Program-made: the position numbers and the translations under genes
Part shown: positions 47,101-60,786 of the stretch, piece by piece
How positions within the stretch are numbered: position 1 is the first letter of the stretch
Layout of the letters: every line of letters starts with the position of its first letter
Source of the DNA: Podarcis bocagei
Lineage: Eukaryota
NCBI GenBank assembly: GCA_964188305.1
Contig: OZ076895.1
Strand: one strand, 5' to 3'
Length of the DNA: 64,000 nucleotides
The notes under the pieces: generated by a model
What the model saw: only the letters and a program-made list of their open reading frames with translations
What the model was told of the DNA's origin: nothing
Databases searched by the model: none

Positions 47101-48316
47101 TCTCTGGAAGACGGCATAGTGAAACTTTCTTCAACATCTGTCAGGTGTGGTTCAAGTGTTCGTGGTGGGCACTAACTCTTGTTGGGATGTAAGGACGTGG
47201 AGGTACTGTATATTGTGTTGGCTCAGCCATTGAAAGAATGAAAGGTTCTATTAGAAGATTGAGTTGATTGCTTTCTTTTAAGCGACCTTATCAGATTGGC
47301 TTAGCATAGCAAAAAGTGTTCATGTATGTGAGGAGAAGGAAGTGTCTTAGGCTGCCCACATCTCCTTTGGCCAATCCACAGGGCACACCAACTTCCCAAG
47401 GAGAAGTGTCAAATACTGTCTGCATGACCCAACTTCACAGACCAGTCAGAACTAGCAGGTTAAATGATGGCCTGAATGATCTCAAGTGGGAATTAACTCA
47501 GGAAGGTTTTGTGTGCTACACTTTTGGGCAATCTATAAGGGAAGGTTATGACACTCTGGGGCTAAAAAGAAAGAGCAAAGGAAGAAAGGGTGCACATGAT
47601 GTGTGACTACGTTTACTTTTGAAATTATTCTTTTAAGGCACAAATAAATCTTTTTTAAAAAAGAGGACATAGAGATGAGGATCAGGAAACTATTGGAAAT
47701 GCAATTGAAGTTTTCTATAAATCTGTTTTCAGACTGGCTTCAGAATGTTCCCTGGTTTTGGTGGCAAGTATTCTACAAACCAGCCAGAGGGCTGCTTAAT
47801 CCCCCACCCCTCAAATAATCAGACACACCTACATTTCTCAAGCACTGGCCACATACAAGGTCTTTTGCCTTCTAGAAAGCAGGCTGTGCCTTGTAAGACT
47901 AGTCACTGTTCCAAAACAAAAGAAAGCAAGACCCTGAATCCTGACTTCCCTCCTAACCTGACCCTTGAACACTCCTCCTGCCCTTTGGCCTGTGCATGAC
48001 ACTCCTCTTCAGCCTAGGTCAGCTGGAAGCCAAATTCCCAGGGGTCACTGTCTTACAGCTTAACAGGCAGAGCAGCTTGTGAGGGAAGGAGAGAGGACTT
48101 CGTACTTCAAGAGCTTATCAGAAATACAGGCTCTCCCACTGCAGGCTAGGAATTTATTTTGGTTTTGGTTATGGAGTTTGTGTAGTGTATGACATTGCTG
48201 TCCAAACAATCCTGCAGGGGGGATTTTTTACAGTGAGTTTCATGCATGAGAATAAACCCAAAACCAGAGTAAACCACAATTGTGGGGCAAGGAGAGAAGC
48301 CTTCAGAGTCTGAAGT
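44085..48316 (-). other. ATF7IP: Probable long ATF7IP 3'UTR (~4.2 kb)
   Basis: No recognisable repeats between the stop codon and a well-formed poly(A) site; U-rich on the minus strand near the distal end. Confidence 0.6.
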
Positions 48317-48733
48317 TTAACTGCTTTGAGAAGCAATCACATCTGTTGACTGGGGATCACAGAAGGGTCCAAAGCGTCCGTAGATGTCTTTAGCACGAAC
48401 TGCAAAATAGTATTTGCTTCCAGACACAAACTGTGTAAGTGTGCATGCCATAGGCAGGGGGAGGGCCTTTACTTCCCCAATCTTTTTCCACTGAGAGGGC
48501 ACAGTAGCACTGGGGTCCTCATGGTATGCATACAGATGGTAGCTATCCACACTGGCACAGCTCCGGTCCACTTCCAAAACACTCCAGGATAGAACTATGC
48601 CATTCTGACTTTCTACACGTGCTAGCTTCAGGTGTGGCTTCTGAGGCAGAGAGGTGTTGGCAGCTTCAGGAGGCAAGCGTGATGGCTGTGGGGCCTCTGG
48701 CAGTGGGGCTGGATGCACAGGCCGCAGTGGCTC
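48317..48733 (-). CDS. ATF7IP: ATF7IP terminal coding exon, fibronectin type III domain
   Basis: attcctcag acceptor; TAA at 48319-48317; very close to the recalled mammalian C-terminus. Confidence 0.97.
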   Translation of the reverse strand, partial: EPLRPVHPAPLPEAPQPSRLPPEAANTSLPQKPHLKLARVESQNGIVLSWSVLEVDRSCASVDSYHLYAYHEDPSATVPSQWKKIGEVKALPLPMACTLTQFVSGSKYYFAVRAKDIYGRFGPFCDPQSTDVIASQSS

Positions 48734-51700
48734 CTGAGGAATAATGAAGAGACGCAATGAGGATGGCAGAGGAGACTGTCTCATCCTGTTGTCAAAATGC
48801 ATATATTACCATCCAAGTATTCCCAAGACCAATTCTCAGCAAACGCAAGATTACGTTTAAAACTAGCAAGTCTGAAATGACAATAAAACACTCATGTGCT
48901 TCAAGGTGGAGAAGTCAAAAGGAGTAAAGGCTGAAACCTATTTAATATTGGCCTATTCTTCAAAGTGGGAGTAACTAACCCTTTACCCACATCCAGCCCC
49001 TCTAAAAGCTTCATAATGGCTCCCAACTCCTCTAAAATTTATCATTCTAAAAAAATGCAAGAAAGTGCTGCAAATGATGTGTCCATTAAAGTAACCAAAT
49101 TAGTCTGTTGCAGTGTGTGGTGTTACTTCAGAATGAAGAGCTGACAAATATGCAATGGGGACTAACGGTAGACACTGCATATTACACCTTGTGGGGAGTA
49201 AATGTATTGTGTGAAGAAACACTATTTTGTCCACCCTGAATCTCCCCACATGCAGCCGCACTAGATAACCTCATTTCTAGTATTAGAAGAGAGGGAAAAG
49301 TTTTTCTTGATTCATTTTCTCCACACTTATACAATTCACTCATCTATTCATTTTCTCCACACATACAAAAGGGTGTAATTTTTCTACCCTTTTATTATTT
49401 CCCTCCTTACTTACCTTTCCCCCCTAAATGACATAGCCTCCAAAGTTGTAATCTTTCCTCATTAGGGACTTGCTCCAGCTACCGGTTATTATAGTTGCCC
49501 CTTTCTGTGCTACTTCAAGCTTTTCAATATCCTTTTTAGGATACGTGAACCAGAAATGTACACAGTATTCCTAGTGTGTGGTTTCACGATAATGGTGTAT
49601 ACATACTTTCTTTTTAAATTTGTTTTTTATTGTTTTATCATAGTTTCCCACCTAGAACTCTTTTGAGAAAGGTAGGATAATTTTAAATGAATGAATGACT
49701 GTAAGACCATTTAAAGTAGTGACTGTCCAGCTATGCAAGTCCCCAATTGCTAACAGATACTGCTAAAAAACAATAGCATATATGACATGGGAGATAAACT
49801 CTTCTCCAAACATTCATCTCAACAACTGGACACGGGTGCTTACTGAATGCACTTGAGCTGGCCGATGGTGAACTGTGAGTTGAGGCCCTCCAGATCCCAA
49901 GGTTAGCCCATTGTTTACAACATACGCAGTTGTCTGAGGCACTCGTACTGTCACACCTAGAGCGATACACAAAGGCACAATATGTTAAAGAAGTTAATAA
50001 TATAATGATACATTGTGATGAGTTTAGGTCATTTATTTGCTTAACACTGCAAACTATCACAAAAAATATTTGGCAGACACAAAAAGATAGTATAAATCTT
50101 GCCATAACTATACTTTCTTTTACATGTACATAGGATGTTATAAAAACACAGTCAGATATCATATACACCCTAAAGTCCAATCTCAAAATGCTTTGAATAT
50201 GTATGTTTGCACCTTGCTTTCTGGGCAAGCTTTCTGCTTCAATATATTTGTCTAATTCTAACAAAATTGGCATCTCCATTCGAACCAAGGTACAGCTGCA
50301 CATCTGCTAATATATAAACCGTTCTCTGACAGATGAGCTTACCAGAGTTTTGTGGGTTGACCTGCCTTAAACTAGGGCTCTGCATGACTGTGGTTCGCAC
50401 AGGATTCTGTCCTGATGGTGTAGGAAGAGTAGTATAGACTACTTGATGGTTAGCAGGGGCTCTTGGTATTGGGAGCCTGGCAGGAGTCTGAGTCACTGGA
50501 CGATGGGTTACATTCAGAGTTGTCTGGGCTAGAAGCAAAATTGTAATCAAAAGAGTATAAAATGTTCTCAGCCTAGAAAGCATATGCTGCACAAAACCAA
50601 AGCATACAAATCAAGCAATTTCTCATAGTTCATTGACACTTAAATTTTAGTAATGTGATTTACCAAATAAAGAAAAGATTAAAAAGATAGCTTTCAAAAT
50701 TACTGAATGACTACAGTAAAAAAATAATTTATAAAACCCAACTGGATTCTTCAGAACATGGATCAGTCTGGTGCATACACACAAATGTCTTTCTCCCCTA
50801 TAATTTTCTGAACCTCAGTCTGTAAGTTCACCATCCCTTTGGTGATTAATGGATGTAAGCTCTTCAGAGCTAAGCAGGCATTCTCATAGTAGTTCCCTCT
50901 ACGTCAACAATATTTTAATGCATTATCCCCTCTGGGCATCATTTAAGTGTAAAAAAACAACATTTTCTATAGCCGCCTGCAAATACTGCATCCAAGAGGC
51001 AATTCACTGTTCTGGAATCTCTCTCCTTCCATACTGAACTATTTCCTTTCCCTAGGCTATGCAGTCTTACCTGTGGGGAGAACATGTATGGTTGTCTGCG
51101 ACAGGCCAGTTGTTGGCATGCCTGCTTGTTGGAGAGGGCTTGTCTGTACTGGCTGCAGAGGACGAGCTAAAGACTGGGTTGACAGGCTCAATGCAGGTAT
51201 AGATTGGTTCTGCTTCTTGCCACCTGCTTAGGAAAGAAAAAAAATCAATGTGCAATTATAAACAGAAACAAGCAGCTGAAAAACTGCTGAAAAATTTGCT
51301 GAAGTGGCAGTCAATTGCAACACAGATTCTCCTTTCAGTTTTTACAATGAAATAAAAACATCCAATTAAAGGATCTTACCTGTACAGTTCACAGCTTCAT
51401 TTTAAATGCTCAAATTGGGGCCAACAACCAAAATATTGTAACCTAACTGGGCTTTGAAGGGATAGATATAATACCTACCCCACTATCTATCTCCTGCTCC
51501 TCTAAGGATAGAGTAACGAACAGACGGGGGTTAAAACTTATGGAGTTTTGTATTGCCCATAAAAATGGACTGCATAACTTTCCTGGTGACGATGAGTTTA
51601 CTTTTATCTCATCAAGGGGTCATAGTGTACTATTGTATCTGTTCTTTAAATCTACACTCTGATGTTAACTTTTCTTCTATCGGCCCGAAAGCAAGATGAG

Positions 51701-54700
51701 CACTGCAACCCCATAGTTGCCTTTGACTGGACTTAACCATCCAGGGGTCCTGTACCTTTACTTATTGGAGTCCATACAGAAAGTGACCACTCCTCCTTAC
51801 TTCTGACTATACAGTGGTGCCTCGCAAGACGAAATTAATTCGTTCCGCAAGTTTTTTCTTCTTGCGAGTTTTTCGTCTTGCGAAGCACGGTTTCCCATAG
51901 GAATGCATTGAAAATCAATTAATGCGTTCCTAGGGAAACCGCTTGCCAGGCTGGCGGTGCGGAGAAGGGCTTTTCTCCGCACCGCAAGCCTTCAGGACAG
52001 GTACGGGAACAGAGGGGAAGGCGCGCAGTGCTTTCCCTCTGTTCCCGGGGCTTGCGTGGGAGGAGGGTTTTTCCTCCCCACCGCCAACATTCAGAACAGC
52101 ATTCTGAATGTTGGCGGTGGGAAGGAAAACCCTCCTCCCACCCCAAGTCTTCAGGAAAGCCATCCGAAGCTGGGCGGCGGGAGGTGTCCCCGCCCCCCCC
52201 GCCCGGCATCGGAGCTTCGTTGCGATGCCGGGCGGCGGGAGGAGGCGTTCCCCCCCCGCCTGGCATCGGAGCTTCGTTGCGATGCCGGGCGGCGGGAGGA
52301 GGCGTTCCCCCCCCCCCCGCCCGGCATCGGAGCTTCGTTGCGATGCCGGGCGGCGGGAGGAGGTCGCGCTTCCCCGCTGTCCCGGAGATTTCCCTATGGG
52401 CTGTCGTCTTGCGAAGCAAGCCCATAGGGAAATTCGTTTTGCGAAGCGCCTCCAAAACGGAAAACCCTTTCGTCTAGCGGGTTTTCCGTCTTGCGAGGCG
52501 TTCGTCTTGCGGGGTACCACTGTACAATGCGACCCAGCAAATAAGCCTTGTAACTCAGATCAGAACTTTCATAGCATTCTGAAAAGGATTAGATGATCCC
52601 CGCAATTTGAAGGGGTGGTCGCCAAATTCCTGGACTCAGACAAAATATTGCATTTGAGAGCAACCCTTACTAACTCACATTCTATTAACGTAGTAATAAC
52701 AAAAGTTGGATGACTTTGGATGATTTTATGATTTTACTATTTTAACTTATGCCAATAAAGGCTAGCAGTAGTAGTAGCTTCATTTTATAAGTTTTCAGAA
52801 TGTCTGTGAATGGCAGCAATGACCAGAGTTCAAGAATATTACACTAGTCAAGTATCTGTATGAAATTTCGACATCCTCAAGACATGGTGTCAACTGCTTT
52901 ATTTAGAGTAATATAGGATGTAGCAAGATACGCTGGCAGCAAATTCCGCATTTAATTAAACATAATTATGCCAGCCAATTTCAATGGGAGTAAATGTACA
53001 TGACTGTAGGCTCATAGCTCCATTATGCACGTGTTTAAGGGATTATTGGGTACTGCTCTACAAGGTCCTCTTGTTTATTTACATCTTCTAAACCAGGGAT
53101 GGGAAACCTCCAGCCTGTAGGCCAAACATGACCTTCCAGGGGTTCAAATGTGGCCTGCAAAGCTGTTTTCTCCAAACCATGCCTGTCTCACACCTGAATC
53201 CACTATGTCTGCACATTTCATCAAATATAAAAATGGGAGAAAGTTAGTATCTTGTTTGATATTTTCCATTGTAAGTGAGGGTAGGAGGCACAAAGCCAGC
53301 TTGGACTAGAAGATAGAAGTATTGAAACATGTAAGAGCAAATATCTAAACACTAAGTTCTGATGGTGGGAACAATCCTATACACTCATGGAAAACACATT
53401 CAAACAGAACAGTAGGATATCTGTCAAAACTTGAACATACTTTAATGATGTAAGGACACACTGCCCAAATATATTACTAAATATATTACTAATACCTACA
53501 TTAGAATTGCTACCTAGAAAACTGGATGGCATTTTAAGTTTAAAACTTTAATAGTGCTGTCTGATGGAATCTTTTGACTTGGCAAATATTTATCATCTTT
53601 GGCAGTTAACATTTACCAAAAAGCAGGAGATGTCCAGTTAGTCATGCATATCTTCTGGCTTACCTTGAGAAGAGCCATCATCTTCATCATCCAGTGTGAG
53701 ATCAATTACTCCACTGCCTGTGGCCTTTCCACTCTGGAAGACAAATATTTGTTTGTTTGTTTGTCCACTCCCTTTCCAACAAAGTTTTAAAAGTAGCATG
53801 CAATAAAATCTAAAATCTTCACAAGAAAACATAAAACAAACTCAATAAATCCCAGCAAATGCCTTGACAAATCTAAAGGGTTTTATCTGACAGCTGAAAC
53901 TATAGAAATAAGCAGACAATTTAAGGAAGTCCTTTACTTTTCCAAAGACATCACTAAGGTAGTTTGTTCTACATATACAGAGGGCCACATAGATCTAAAG
54001 CAGAGTAAAGGAAGAGAGATTATGTGGCATCTTATGGGACTCCAAGTTCTTTAAGAAGGAAGGAAACAAACTTTGTTTGTTTTTTTAAATGTTTAAATAT
54101 TATAGAATGTTAGCATATACTACAAAAGGAACACCCAAATGTTGGCCATAGGAGTTGTGGATGGAAAGGTGCTGCAGTCTCTTCCTGGAAGCATGTTAAT
54201 GCACTGTTTGGGAGAGGCAGATTTGGTTCTATAATGTCCTGCAAGGGCACTTGTGTGCAACATTACAACTGATGACTGAGGGTTGTCATGATGGAGTGAG
54301 GGTTGCCAGGATGGAGTGGGAGTGGCTGTTGGTGTCTATTATCTCATTTCTACTGCCAGGCAAGATGCAAAAAAAAGTTGATTATTAAAATAAATTGTAA
54401 ATACCAAATTTTACTAAAATAATATCAATAATAAATTATCTGAATATAAGCACCTTAGTTCTACAGGTAATCTGTAGACTGAGAGTGCTTTCAGACAGGC
54501 AAACTCAATCTGGTTCTATTTTATAGGATTTTAAAAAATGCATTTATTAGCATGGAAGTTCATCTGTGTTGGCCAGACTACTAAATCTTCATTCAAATAA
54601 ACACTGTCTGCCCATTGTACAATTTTAATCCTTGAACTTTGCTGTTTCTCTAACTGCTATGGATAATGATTCAGATGCTATCTGAGGCTATTAAAATAAG

Positions 54701-57700
54701 TATAAAACACAGATAAAGGACAGAACTTTTGAAATATTCTATTTACTCTCCACTTAGTCAAATGCTTTTTCAGCATCTAAAATAAAGTGACTTTCTTTTA
54801 TATTATGAATGTTTATTAGGTCCCATACTTTCCAACTACTAGTACTTACTAATACTACTAAGTATTAGTCTTATTGATGTTGGTTAACTGGAGACCTGGT
54901 TCAGCTCAATATGGTTCTTTCAAGGCAGACATTTAGCTTGGCCAATGACCAGTAACTGCTTCATTCTGTCTCACTTTGCCTATATATACAAGTATCAGGA
55001 AAAGAAAATATGAATGAAAAGGGTTGTAAATCTTTCATCTACGTGAGATAATGCAGACTAGTAACTTCATTTCTAGTACGTGTCCAATGGTATAGAAGGG
55101 CTAGATACTCAGCTCACATATCTTACTTGCTTTAACCCATATATACCCACCCACTCAACTTGATATGTGGAACTGGCAGTTTTATAACTGTCACATGATG
55201 TCTGTTCTGCACTTGTGAGGAACCAATCTTTCACTGGGGTAGAACATACACACTTGAACTCCCTGCCTATTGGTATTAGGTAGGTACATTTGTTCTGCTA
55301 CTTCTGGTGCCCGATAAAAAAAATTGTTTATGGAAGCCTGCACAGACATGTTTTAATATTAGTACAAAGGTGGCTTCCGGTTCCGGTCTGAATAGATGCA
55401 GCTCCCGTGACTGGGGAGATCGTTGGCGAAGGAAAAACAAGGATGCTTGAGGGTAATTATCCTTGCAAATTCCCCCTAGGGACAAGGGGGAATGGGCTTC
55501 ACTTGCAGTTCGTCTTGGTACCTGGCTCTCGCTCTGGCATAGATTGCGGGAGGCAGGGAGGCGCTGAGTGCAAAAGCCTGCTGAAAACCCCTCCGCCATT
55601 AAAAAACAGAGGTTCTCCTGTTAATTAGTTTAGTTGGACTAAAGTACAGGCACATGCTAGAAAAGATGAGATCATACAACTGCAGAACATAAACAACTGC
55701 AAAGACTTTAAAGTTTGAATTTGAGATTTACTGAATCATTTGCAGTTCAACAAACCACTCTTCTTCCCAGGCTGAGAGGGAAAATGGTGAAAACGGGTTA
55801 TTTATTGGGACAGTCATTTTTGCAGCTGTTGTTAAAGTTGCAAAACAACAAAGCACGGGACGGAGCAATGGATAATTTTTTGAAACAACAATGGAATATC
55901 AGCTTCGCCCATGGCAACAACTGGTAGAAAGAAAGACATAACATCTTACCGGGACAGAAAGAAACACTGCAGACAGAATAATCGCCACACACAGAAAGGA
56001 CAAGGATATAGTTTGAGTTCCTCACTTGTAGTTTTAAAATGTTAAATTAAGATCTTTTCTGTTCTAAAGAAAATGCTTTTGCATTTTTTTTATCTCTGCA
56101 TCCATAGTCTCCTTTTAATGCCTTTTTTTTCATTTTAATGCTGTCCTTATATTTGTTGTTAATTTTTACAGTCAATAACAGGAGTTAACTTTTTAACTTG
56201 CAGAGTCTCTTCTTCTTCCATATAAACACACATTTACCTCTTCTCATAATTTAGGGTACATATACAAGCAGTGACCATTTCACACAGGGGTTCCGTTCCT
56301 GACCCCCATGCATGTAGGTGGAGCACACATAAGGTTTATGTTCAATTGTGTTAGGGCTTTTCAAGCTTTAGTTAAAGATCTGTGTTCTTTCACAGATGAA
56401 GTCATTTTGGCATGTAAGTGGTAAATAAAATAAATATAATCTTGTATATCAACTACCTGTCACATACTGGTATCATTTTTTTAGTAACATTAATTTTCTG
56501 CTAGCATTTTGAAAAACAAAATCTGTATTTGCTAAAAATGTAACAATGTTCAAGTTGATTTACTGAATGAGGAAGAAACTGAAACCATATAAAGAAAAAT
56601 AAAAACCAACCTACCTGTGCAGCTGCTTCAGGTGCTTTTTTGTTTGCTGAAATATCTGCTGGTGGCAGCGAAGGTGGTAGCAACCTGGATGTTTGACTCT
56701 CTGAAGGAGGCAAGAAACCACCACATTTCATTGGCTATTAAGCAATGTACTTTATAACACATATACTTAGTTTAACAGCAATCATTGCAAACACTTAACT
56801 GTCAATCATATATGGTGAACTGAGTACTAAATATGGAACTCTGAAAGTTCAGATTTCTTTCAAAATCAACATGTTCCCCCGTACACCAGTTTTCTACCCT
56901 AGTGCAAGTGCAGTGGACATATAAAACTTACCAACTCTAGGTGCTGCTGCAGTGCTTGCTTCAGAAGGAGTTGTACTGCTGAAGGCTGACAGAGGTATCT
57001 TCATCTGTATGGAATTCCTATTGATGGGAGGAGTATACACCCCTGATGTGCTTACAGTAGCCAAAGTAGTCCTTGCGGCTTGTGCAACAGGGTGTGCTGT
57101 TGATACAGCCTGCACAGCTAGAGTTGTCCCTATAGAACACCCAACACCGGCTGAAGTGTTCCTCTGAATGTTAGAGCTGGGCACAGATGAGCTGCTTGGT
57201 TTTATTGAATTAGCCGATGACAGAGACAATGGAGTTTTGGTCAAGTTGCCAACATTAGAATGACTTTGTACAGGTATAAATTCCACGTTGCCAGATTGCT
57301 GGTTAGTAACCAAAGTACCAGTATGGCTTTGCAGGATCTGAGGCTGGGAGGACATTGCAACAGGTACATGCAGTATTACTGGCAAAGACTGCAATGAAAC
57401 AGACATTGGCTGTGCGCTTCCACCAGCCACTTGACTCGTGCCGACTACTGTTGCTGTGTTGGCCGCAGGTAGAACAGAAGTTGACAAGGAGCCAGAAGTC
57501 AATGGTGCAGAGGTGACAGGAGTCTGTGGTTTGGGAGGTCCACTGACAGCTGTCTGTGGAGTACTAAGAGGGGTAGCAGACACTACAAAATAATAAAAAG
57601 ATAATTGTTTTAAAAATCTATGCCAATTGAACTACTTCCATCAATACAGTAGAAAATATCAACTTGATATCTGAGGTCAAGATGGACTGAAGAAGCCTGT

Positions 57701-60700
57701 ACAGGACGGGAAACAGGAATCATGATTATAGAGAACATTCTTTGGAACTCACTCTTTAAAACATGTTGTAATGGCGTGTGCTAATTAGAACCTTTTTCTG
57801 TGGTTTATTTCTGTAGATCATGGCACCAGTAAAGTTGTCATAGCTTGATATAAAATATACCCTTCAATTAACTATTTTAAACTTGGTACAAGGCCTTATC
57901 TTAAAATGTATCCTGGAAGGCACTCTAAATATCCTGACCTCTTAATACTTAATGTAAAGAACAGCACAGGAAGCTGGTATTATCAGCAAACTTAATTATC
58001 AGCCCCTGTAGTTCTGCATAGATAATAGACTCTTCACCTAAAAGTAATCTCAGAATTCAGGGAATATATAGATAACCAATTAGTCATTTCTCACTGGGGT
58101 CATGCCCTTTCAAATTTCAAAATGACCATGGTAAATAAAATAGAAGATAGAAACATGTGGGAAATAAACAATAAAACAAAGAAATAAAATTTTAATGACT
58201 ATTAGTCATTCCCTTTCCATAAGGATACATTGACTAAAAATAGTACAATGGCTGGGTAGCTCACAGCTCAAAAGGGAACCCCTCTTTGCCGCTCAATGAT
58301 CTCACGGAACAGTCCATGCTTCACTGGATCATGGACCAAGAATAGGGTGAGAGTGACTCTGAAGCCTTGCTCGTACAGGTTACTGATGTGGAGAGCAAAC
58401 CTCTCAAACAGAGAGAACCTAGCAAAATATTCTAAACCTCTTGGGAGTATGTGTAGGACACAAGTGTTGAGTCAGACACATCTTGTTACATAAGACTGGT
58501 GGAGAAAGCTGGCAGCAAGAGTGACTTGAGATGCAAAATTTAACCTGACATGTTTATTTGTAATGTATGCCATTTGGAGAGCATGAAGCAAGTTATGTGT
58601 GTTTCCTTCTTTTTTCTATACTATGCCACTATATGGCTAAATTAGAGATATAATTCAGATGGTAGTCTGAATTTTTTGAAGGAAAAAAGGTTTCCTATGA
58701 ATGTTACTTCCTTCTGGCTGCTCTTGGCAACAAAGCCTGTTTGCAATGAGGCAGGTTTTGCAAACTGTGTGCAAATGGTGGAAACTGAGCAGTAAAAAAG
58801 TTTTAGCTCTAGAGAGCTTTGACTGATATGAGTTTCCCCCTTGATTGGCAACTTTTAGAAATTTTGAAAGATCTTATGACCAAAGGTTTACAGCTTTGAA
58901 TTTTATTTGTATGGTTAAGGGTTTGAAGCCCTAAACCATTAAAATCTGTCCCTGAATAGTTGGCAGCAACATCTGTGAATCCCTAAATTTATGTAACACA
59001 CCCCTTCCTTGCATGCAAAGCCTTGGTCTTTTGAGGATAATTGTCTCACATAAAAGTTTACGCTTAACAGAACAGAAATTAGTTTTGCAAATTCACAGGG
59101 TTCTTTGTGGAACCTTTGTGGAATCCCAATTTTCATTATATCTTTAAAGTTTGGGTGACTCTGTCCCTGTGGTTCTCTTGAAACATTATCGGCCAACAGC
59201 ATTCCTTGGAAGCCACTGGAAACCGAGTAAGACTAGCATTCTATATATTACAACACAGAGGTGTATGTCAATTTTTTTCTTTGAATTTGTACTCTATTTG
59301 AATATTTTCTATGGGTCTAGGTTTGGTAAAGACTGGCTGTTTCCATCTATAGTTGTGTCCTCAAAAGCTCTTCTGATCACAAAGCCTCTGATGCAAGAGC
59401 TGTCTGTTGCATCAGTACCTGCGTTGACTTAGATGTTTTATTGGTTTCAGAATATCTGAAGAAGTGTGCATGCACATGAAAGCTTATACCAAGAACAAAC
59501 TTAGTTGGTCTCTAAAGGTGCTACTAGACATTTTTTATATATATATTTGGTTTCAGAATTGATATGGAAAATGTTCTTACATAAACATCTATTGTAGTAG
59601 TTTGGATGAGTACTATTTAATTACACCTGAGGATGCTGACAAGAGCAGACAAGTTTCTAACAGAAATCTTAAGTTGCAACCCTTGTTTTCCTTGGCTTCC
59701 AATGGGCTAGTTGGCGCATACACTGAACCTCTTAGTCAGCATGAAGCTTAATGCATCCTTCTTGGAGGATGCCAGAGGAGAGATGTAAGGGGCACAACCC
59801 TGGATTTTCCAGTAGTTTTCAATACTACAGTATTCTTCTGGGTTGGAAATTGTGGGGTGTGTGCTGTGTTACGGTGGTTCTGCTTCTTTTCTTGACAGGT
59901 TATGGGAAGTGGTGCTAGAATAGTATTATTCCTCAAATTTCTGTTTTTTCTTCTTTGCTTTGAAACATCTACATGAAACAACTGATAAAATTAATCTGAA
60001 GTATGGGGCTCTGTGTCATCAGAATGCTTATGGCATATAGTTCTTTCATTTATTTCAGATGAGATGGCGGCATCCCTAAATGCACTATTGATATCAGGAC
60101 TGATTTATGAAAGGAGAGGCCAGGGGAGGGGACGAGAGAGAACACAGGAGAGCAGAAGTGTCCCACACTAAGCAGAAAAACTGAGAGCAAACACTTTTCA
60201 TTTCTGTGTTCATTACAGCTCTTGAATAATAAAAGGTGATCTGTAGTAGTGAATAGATGTTGTTTCTATAACAAGACATCATATACTGTCACCACTGAGT
60301 TCAAAAAGGAGAGCAACATCTGCTGCTGCTTTTGATACTCATAACTTTCATCTGAAAGATTTATAATAAGGCACTTTTCTTGGATAAAGAAGGGGGGAGA
60401 GGTTAAATACATATCTGAGACGTGAGAAACATTCTACCTGTATTCACAGGGGACTGTAAAGTATTTGATGTGGTATCTCCTACATTTCTCTTGGATTCCA
60501 GCATTTGTCTCACTGTTCCGGCATTTCTGTGGAATAAAGATTCTTGTTAGCTGTACTTGTTAGCTGTTAGGTGAAGCAAAGAGCAGTACAGGGGAAAGCT
60601 ATTTTTGAAATTTGAAGTAATTTATCTCTATCCATTTATTCAGCAGTATCTCACAATATCACTAGTTCCATTGTATATGTGTAGGAGTGTAATAAGCCAC

Positions 60701-60742
60701 CCAGAGGGGCTGGGACAACTCAGTCAGATGGATGGGGTATAA

Positions 60743-60786
<44 letters not shown>

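Noticed and set aside
49731-50303. 190-aa minus-strand ORF
   Set aside because: Mostly intron, crossing a real ATF7IP exon in the wrong frame.
52194-52362. CRISPR-like repeat array
   Set aside because: Eukaryotic intron, no unique spacers, no cas genes; a tandem minisatellite inside a MITE.
51797-52596. Stack of 149-196 aa ORFs on both strands with repeated peptides
   Set aside because: Stop-poor GC-rich palindromic MITE; no transposase or other domain motifs.
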